Below are positions 27,156 through 32,000 of a stretch of 32,000 nt of DNA, one piece after another. The DNA is from Edaphobacter aggregans (GTDB lineage: Bacteria > Acidobacteriota > Terriglobia > Terriglobales > Acidobacteriaceae). The notes beneath the pieces were generated by a model. The model was not told the DNA's origin. It made no database searches and saw nothing but the letters and a program-made list of their open reading frames with translations. Each line of letters opens with the position of its first letter. Position 1 is the stretch's first letter. The DNA lies in NCBI RefSeq assembly GCF_003945235.1, contig NZ_RSDW01000001.1:270001-302000 (forward strand), given 5' to 3'. Made by a program: the position numbers and the translations under genes.

Positions 27156-27164
27156 GGTGGTCCG

Positions 27165-28262
27165 TTATTGGGCGAGCAGGCTTGTGAGCGCCGCTTTGAC
27201 GTCGTCGATGGTGACCTCGTCGATGATGTAGTCCGGGGTTGCTGTAGGCATGTCCGCATTTTTCAGGATGCGGAAGCGGGTGTCGCCGACGGGGAGCCAC
27301 TCGATTGGCGGGGACCAGGCGGGGGCAATGATGACCATGGGGAGGCCAACGGCTCGGCCGATGTGCATTGGACCGGTGTCGAGGGTAAGGCCGACGCGGC
27401 AGAGACTGAGTAGCGCGGCTAGCTGAGGGAGTTTTGTTTTTCCGGCGACGCTGATTGTGGGGAATGGCAGCGGGTTGCGGAGTTCGTCGATGGCTGGAGA
27501 CTCGGCTGCGGTGCCGATGAAGAGAATGTGAGCTCCGTAGTGCTCGGCGAGGAAGGTCGCGGCTGCACGGAAGCGCTCGCTGCGCCAGCTTTTGCGCTGG
27601 GTCACGCTGGTCTGGGTGATGAAGGCGGCGACGGGTTGGCCGGGTTGGACTCCGGCGTCGGCCAAGGTTTGCTGGGCACCAGCGAGGTCTTCGGCAGTAA
27701 AGAAGACCTGGGGCTCGAAGTGCTGCGAAGGGTGGCCGAGGGATTCGATGATACGGAGGTTGTTGGCTATCTGGCTTAGGGTGGGATCGAAGGATAGCGG
27801 GACTCGGTAGAGCTGAGGAGCTAGAGTAAAGCCTACGCGGAGGGGGGAACCGCTGAGGAGTGCCTGGGCGGTGACCCGGGTTCGCTCGTTGCCCGTTGAG
27901 GTGATGACGGCGTAGGGTATTGCTTTGAAGGGATTTTGCTGGCGAAGGGATTGGACGGCACTTTTTAAGTCGTCGAGGGGGCTTGGTGTCGCGAAGAGAT
28001 GATCTACGCCGGGGTTGTTACGGAAGACCTCTGTTGCGAAGCCACTGGAGGCTACGACTATGCGGGAATCCGGCACGGCGTGGCGCAGAGCTGGGATGAG
28101 GGGTGTGGCGTGAATGGCTGTGCCGAGGGCCCGGGGATATTGGAGGAGGAGAAAGTGCTTGATTTGGTGGAGAGGCGTTGCTGCGATGCCGTTCGATACG
28201 AGCCGTTCCGCTGCTGCGACGCTGGAGAAGATGCTGCCCTTCACGGTCTGAACAAGAGCCAA
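27165..28262 (-). CDS. glycosyltransferase family 9 (LPS heptosyltransferase-like)
   Basis: 365 aa with a TTG start as tracked. GT9-type C-terminal motif LDTGPMHIGRAVGLPMVIIAP. Confidence 0.8.
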   Translation of the reverse strand: MALVQTVKGSIFSSVAAAERLVSNGIAATPLHQIKHFLLLQYPRALGTAIHATPLIPALRHAVPDSRIVVASSGFATEVFRNNPGVDHLFATPSPLDDLKSAVQSLRQQNPFKAIPYAVITSTGNERTRVTAQALLSGSPLRVGFTLAPQLYRVPLSFDPTLSQIANNLRIIESLGHPSQHFEPQVFFTAEDLAGAQQTLADAGVQPGQPVAAFITQTSVTQRKSWRSERFRAAATFLAEHYGAHILFIGTAAESPAIDELRNPLPFPTISVAGKTKLPQLAALLSLCRVGLTLDTGPMHIGRAVGLPMVIIAPAWSPPIEWLPVGDTRFRILKNADMPTATPDYIIDEVTIDDVKAALTSLLAQ

Positions 28263-28304
28263 GCGCGAATCCTTATAAAAGGTGAAGTGAATCAGGTGGT
28301 ACAG

Positions 28305-28832
28305 CTACATCTTATAGCGGCCCATCTCGTCGTCGTTGAGATTTTCTAGCCAGCGGCGCATCTCGTCGGCGGTGACGGCCTGGGCTCCACTAGCGGCTTG
28401 CTTGGAGTTTTCGAGGACTTCGCGGTTGACGTAGATGGGGCAGTCCCAGCGGAGGGCGAGAGCGATGGCGTCCGAGGGGCGGGCGTCGAGGGCTACGGTT
28501 TCACCGGCGTGATCGAGCCAGATGACGGCGTAGAAGGTGTCGTCGCGGAGTTCCGAGACGACGATCTTGTTGACCTGCGCGTTGAGGCCGCGAGCGAGGT
28601 TCTGCAGGAGGTCATGGGTCATGGGGCGTGGCGTGGCTGTCTTTTCGAGCTCGAGGGCGATGGCGTTGGCCTCGAAGATACCTACCCAAATGGGGAGGAC
28701 GAGGTCACTGGCTATGTCCTTGAGGACGATGATGGGCATATTGGTGATGGGGTCCATCATGAGGCCACGAATCTGCATCTCGACTTCGTCGGAGGTCTGG
28801 GTTGCGGCGGGTTGGGTCGAGGTCAGGGACAT
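28305..28832 (-). CDS. bifunctional nuclease family (BFN/DUF151) protein
   Basis: 175 aa. MDPITNMPIIVLKD..LPIWVGIFEANAIALEL..PRPMTHDLL..DDTFYAVI..DARPSDAIALALR..PIYV matches the BFN domain. The start lies 1 nt after the miaB stop. Confidence 0.8.
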   Translation of the reverse strand: MSLTSTQPAATQTSDEVEMQIRGLMMDPITNMPIIVLKDIASDLVLPIWVGIFEANAIALELEKTATPRPMTHDLLQNLARGLNAQVNKIVVSELRDDTFYAVIWLDHAGETVALDARPSDAIALALRWDCPIYVNREVLENSKQAASGAQAVTADEMRRWLENLNDDEMGRYKM

Positions 28833-28833
28833 G

Positions 28834-30219
28834 TTAGTTGAGGACTACAAAGTGCGGGGTACGGTTGATGGAGATGAATGGGGTCGCGTCGCCTGCGGGT
28901 GGAAGGGCTTCGCCGATGAGGCAGTTGGGCATGGTTTGTGTGATGCGGATTGGGAGGTAACTGCCGATGGGTGGCGTTGAATTTTCCAACTGCGCCGTGG
29001 TGAAGTTGACGGTCTTGTTCTGCGAGCTGCGGCCGATGACCTGATTGCGGGTGGGATTGTAGCCTTCGACCATAATCTCGACGATTTGGTCGAGGTGGCG
29101 GGCGTAGTGGGTGCGCTGGATTTCGCGCTGGCGGTCGTTGAGGATGCGTAGACGCTGGTCTTTGACGGACTCGGGGGTACTATCGGCCATGTGGACGGCG
29201 GGTGTGTTGGGTCGGGGGGAGAACTTGAAGGCGAAGATGGCGTCGTATTTGACGGCGTCGATGAGGGTAATGGTCTCTTCGAAGTCAGCGTCGGTTTCGC
29301 CGGGGAAACCGACGATCATGTCGCTGGTGATGGAGATGTCGCGCTGGGCGGCATGGATCCAGCTCATGCGCTCGAGGTACCAGTCGCGGGTGTACTCGCG
29401 GGACATGGCCTTTAGGACAGCGGTTGAGCCGGATTGTACGGGGAGATGGATGTGGTCGCAGAGGGCGGGGGTGGCATCGATAGCCTGGACGATGTCGCGG
29501 GTGAAGTCGCGAGGGTGCGAGGTGGTGAAGCGGACGCGGCGGATGCCAGAGATGTTGCCGATGGCGGTGAGGAGTTCGGCGAAGGACATGCGGCCGGAGG
29601 GGTCGCGCCAGGAGTTGACGTTCTGGCCCAGGAGCTGGATGTCGGTGTAGCCAAGGTCGGCCATCTTGCGGGCTTCGACGAGGACGGAGGCGGAGGTGCG
29701 GGAGCGCTCTTTGCCCCGGGTGTAGGGGACGACGCAGTAGGCGCAGAACTTGTCACAGCCTTCGATGATGGTGATGTATCCGCGATGAGGGTTGGAGCGG
29801 GAGGTGAAGTCGGTTTCGAAGGTAAGGTCGGTCTGGCGGTCGTCGAGGCCGGTGATGCGGGTTTCGCCGGCTTCGAGGCGGGCAAGCATCTCGGGGAGGT
29901 TGCGGTAGGAAGCGGATCCGGCTACGAGGGAGACGTAGGGGGCCTTCTCGAAGATGCGCTCGCCTTCCTGCTGGGCGACGCAGCCGAGGACGGCAAACTT
30001 TTTGCCCTCGCCCTGGAGGCGCTTGTACTCGTTGAGGCGATGGAAGACCTTTTGCTCGGCTTTGTCGCGGATGGAACAGGTGTTGTAGAGGATCAGGCCG
30101 GCGTCGGCTTCGTCCTGGACGCGGGCGTAGCCCTGGTGCTCAAGGGTGCCGATGACTTTTTCAGAGTCATGGACGTTCATCTGGCAGCCGAAGGTTTCGA
30201 TATAGAAAGTCTTGCTCAC
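28834..30219 (-). CDS. miaB: tRNA-i6A37 methylthiotransferase MiaB
   Basis: 461 aa. N-terminus FYIETFGCQMNVHDSE. Radical-SAM cluster motif CDKFCAYCVVPYTRG. C-terminal TRAM-like domain. Confidence 0.95.
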   Translation of the reverse strand: MSKTFYIETFGCQMNVHDSEKVIGTLEHQGYARVQDEADAGLILYNTCSIRDKAEQKVFHRLNEYKRLQGEGKKFAVLGCVAQQEGERIFEKAPYVSLVAGSASYRNLPEMLARLEAGETRITGLDDRQTDLTFETDFTSRSNPHRGYITIIEGCDKFCAYCVVPYTRGKERSRTSASVLVEARKMADLGYTDIQLLGQNVNSWRDPSGRMSFAELLTAIGNISGIRRVRFTTSHPRDFTRDIVQAIDATPALCDHIHLPVQSGSTAVLKAMSREYTRDWYLERMSWIHAAQRDISITSDMIVGFPGETDADFEETITLIDAVKYDAIFAFKFSPRPNTPAVHMADSTPESVKDQRLRILNDRQREIQRTHYARHLDQIVEIMVEGYNPTRNQVIGRSSQNKTVNFTTAQLENSTPPIGSYLPIRITQTMPNCLIGEALPPAGDATPFISINRTPHFVVLN

Positions 30220-30250
30220 AGAGAACAGTATATCGCCGCACGGAGGACGA

Positions 30251-30421
30251 CTAAACGGACATGGTGGCGAGGGCGACGGGCTCCCGCTGCATCATTTGTT
30301 CCGTGTGCTCGATATAGTCCCTGAGAAACTTGGCTCGCGCGTTCAAGGCGTTGATCGCTTGTTCGACAGCATCCAGCTCGCGCTGAGTCTCGTCAATCGC
30401 GTTTTGGTAGACAGAGCTCAT
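30251..30421 (-). CDS. hypothetical small coiled-coil protein (56 aa)
   Basis: The track ORF 30251..30595 runs through a tRNA gene. The internal ATG at 30421 gives MSSVYQNAIDETQRELDAVEQAINALNARAKFLRDYIEHTEQMMQREPVALATMSV with coding-like codon usage. No homology support available. Confidence 0.4.
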   Translation of the reverse strand: MSSVYQNAIDETQRELDAVEQAINALNARAKFLRDYIEHTEQMMQREPVALATMSV

Positions 30422-30516
30422 GTAGCCCGAAAGTTTAGCACGAGATTGTGAGCTGAGTAATGCAAATTCGCGGGAATGTGCGAAATATTGCGGCTTAGGG
30501 GGACGATGAAGAGATT

Positions 30517-30593
30517 TGGTAGCGCCAACGGGGATCGAACCCGTACTCTCAGCCTTGAAAGGGCCGCGTGTTAACCAGTTACACCATGGCGCC
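30517..30593 (-). tRNA. tRNA-Glu (anticodon UUC), CCA encoded
   Basis: The reverse complement GGCGCCATGGTGTAACTGGTTAACACGCGGCCCTTTCAAGGCTGAGAGTACGGGTTCGATCCCCGTTGGCGCTACCA folds as a cloverleaf. Anticodon loop is CTTTCAA and the T-loop is GTTCGATC. Confidence 0.93.
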
Positions 30594-30615
30594 AAACACT
30601 AACTGAAGAAGGGTT

Positions 30616-30692
<77 letters not shown>

Positions 30693-30727
30693 AAAACGAG
30701 AGGGAATCCCTCAGTTGCGATAGATCC

Positions 30728-30736
30728 ATTATAGCA
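30728..30736 (-). promoter_or_regulatory. extended -10 promoter element (TGcTATAAT) upstream of the tRNA-Glu pair
   Basis: The - strand reads cttagcTGCTATAATggatc about 36 nt upstream of the first tRNA 5' end. No good -35 hexamer. Confidence 0.4.
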
Positions 30737-30783
30737 GCTAAGTGCGTTATTTTGGGCGACGCGAGGATGCGGAAAACAAAAGT

Positions 30784-31059
30784 CTAGAGGCCGAGCTTTT
30801 TGACTTCGTCGTTGTAGTACTTGCGGTAGAGGATGTCCCACTCCTGCGAGCCCTCGAGGATGATCTTGCGCTGCGAGGCGATCTTCTGGCGGGCGGCGGC
30901 GTCGATCCTGGTCTCTTCGAGAAGGAGCTTCTCGAGTGCTTTGCGGGCCTCCTGCCGGATAGTGTTGCGGTCCTCAAGGAAGTCGCACTCCGGGATCTCG
31001 GCGAGGGTGTCGGCTACGGTGTGGGCGAGTTTATTGAGCTTGTCGCGGGAGATTCTCAC
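30784..31059 (-). CDS. DUF507 family protein
   Basis: 91 aa. The GTG start overlaps the upstream stop (GTGA). Sequence MRISRDKLNKLAHTVADTL..EEARKALEKLL..SQEWDILYRKYYNDEVKK matches my recollection of DUF507. Confidence 0.7.
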   Translation of the reverse strand: MRISRDKLNKLAHTVADTLAEIPECDFLEDRNTIRQEARKALEKLLLEETRIDAAARQKIASQRKIILEGSQEWDILYRKYYNDEVKKLGL

Positions 31060-31334
31060 AGCACCGCCTTGTATTTGCGGGCCAGCTCGTTCTTCACCTT
31101 TTTGAACATCTCGGGGTAGCTGGCACCGGTCTTACGCATATCATCCTGAAAGGCTTCGAGGATGACGCGGACCTCGTCATTGATGCGGTCTTCGAGAGAG
31201 AGCTCATCGACCATGGCGGCTGCGACACGTTCGTCGAGGATGGCCGGTTTGCTAGTTTCGATCATCTTTGCGCTGACGAGGTGTTTCACGGTCTGGCGCG
31301 CCAGGTATCCAACGTAATCTTTAGAAAAAATCAT
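31056..31334 (-). CDS. DUF507 family protein (paralog)
   Basis: 92 aa. MIFSKDYVGYLARQTVKHLVSAKMIE..EDRINDEVRVILEAF..SYPEMFKKVKNELARKY. Confidence 0.7.
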   Translation of the reverse strand: MIFSKDYVGYLARQTVKHLVSAKMIETSKPAILDERVAAAMVDELSLEDRINDEVRVILEAFQDDMRKTGASYPEMFKKVKNELARKYKAVL

Positions 31335-31383
31335 TGACTTTCCTTCGAATATATCATGCTGGCGCGCATGGGCTTATGGCGAA

Positions 31384-31749
31384 CTACTTGTGTTTTGTGG
31401 CGGGTTTGTGGGGGCAGTGCTCGGTGTTGAGGCAGGTGTCGGGAAGGCGAAGGCGTTCAACGGGACGGTTGTGGAGGAGGTGTTCAGTGACGATCTCTTC
31501 GACGTCGCAGACGTGGACGTTGCCGTACCAAACAGCTTCGGGATAGATGACGACGACAGGACCGTGTTCACATTGGTCGAGGCAGCCGGATTCGTTGGCG
31601 CGAATGTGGTGCTTGAGGCCGGTTTCCTTGATGGCATCTTTGAAGGCTGATTTGAGCTTCTTACTTCCCTGCGGGAGGCAGCTGGGACGGGTTGCGGATT
31701 CGTCGCGCTCGTTCGTGCAGATGAAGATGTGGTGGTCGAATTTTGGCAA
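31384..31749 (-). CDS. thioredoxin-like [2Fe-2S] ferredoxin-domain protein
   Basis: 121 aa. The Cys pattern C-x12-C ... C-x3-C (FICTNERDESATRPSC ... GCLDQCEHGPVVVIYP) is typical of the thioredoxin-like 2Fe-2S ferredoxin family. Confidence 0.8.
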   Translation of the reverse strand: MPKFDHHIFICTNERDESATRPSCLPQGSKKLKSAFKDAIKETGLKHHIRANESGCLDQCEHGPVVVIYPEAVWYGNVHVCDVEEIVTEHLLHNRPVERLRLPDTCLNTEHCPHKPATKHK

Positions 31750-31847
31750 TCGGTGATTCCTTATCTATTGACGCTCTGCAATTCCTTATATTTGTTTAGT
31801 TTACCGGAGGTGCGATGCACAGGGGTTTTTGAGACAATAGATGCTTG

Positions 31848-32000
31848 ATGCAACCCGACAATTTAATTTCGCTTAAAGACGACATGGTGGCATTCATCGC
31901 TGGGCATGGTATGCGGCGGCTCAACGCCTTTGTGCCTGAAGATGTGCCGACGGTCATCTTCGAGAATGAACATGCAGATAGCTGGAAGGACTTCGTGGAG
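31848..32000 (+). CDS. partial CDS (5' end), hypothetical
   Basis: The frame is open from the stop at 31830 to the window edge. ATG 31848 gives MQPDNLISLKDDMVAFIAGHGMRRLNAFVPEDVPTVIFENEHADSWKDFVE. It is too short to be in the track and no family is recognised. Confidence 0.35.
   Translation, partial: MQPDNLISLKDDMVAFIAGHGMRRLNAFVPEDVPTVIFENEHADSWKDFVE

Noticed and set aside
26935-27300. 121-aa and 86-aa - strand ORFs spanning the GT9 3' end and the repeat-rich spacer.
   Set aside because: They overlap the GT9 gene out of frame and translate the intergenic repeat (..FLVVIPEGDRLF..). This is the typical mis-call of the acidobacterial repeat element.

Overview
A 32-kb chromosomal segment of about 60% GC. 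It looks like an Acidobacteriaceae/Terriglobia-type genome. That assignment is an inference from DUF4136/DUF4159/DUF507 proteins, many exported TPR and hypothetical proteins, and short intergenic repeats typical of that group. I call about 31 protein genes and two tandem tRNA-Glu genes. Confidently recognised genes are uvrA, a Tat-exported Cys-type sulfatase, aqpZ, an lgt-family gene, hpt, an LLM flavin oxidoreductase, deoC, a GAF-GAF-PP2C phosphatase, a class II aroA, a GT9 heptosyltransferase-like gene, a bifunctional-nuclease-family gene, miaB, a DUF507 pair and a thioredoxin-like 2Fe-2S ferredoxin. The rest are exported or membrane hypotheticals. I see no transposase, integrase, CRISPR array, rRNA or recognisable defence or toxin system, so I cannot honestly name a novel protein system here. 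The most unusual signals are non-genic. (1) Strand composition flips sharply at about 24.8-25.4 kb: the + strand is C-rich to the left and G-rich to the right, regardless of gene orientation. This is the signature of a replication origin, a terminus or an inversion breakpoint, and its polarity conflicts with the convergent gene orientation. (2) A 620-bp non-coding spacer between aroA and the GT9 gene is dense in hairpins and repeats built on an AAGTCC/GGACTT core. (3) A three-hairpin leader with the same core precedes an operon of exported TPR and helical proteins. (4) Two families of short intergenic repeats are present. (5) An orphan UUCG-tetraloop terminator sits in a 30% GC divergent spacer. 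The many long alternative-frame and antisense ORFs in the track are GC-rich artefacts.
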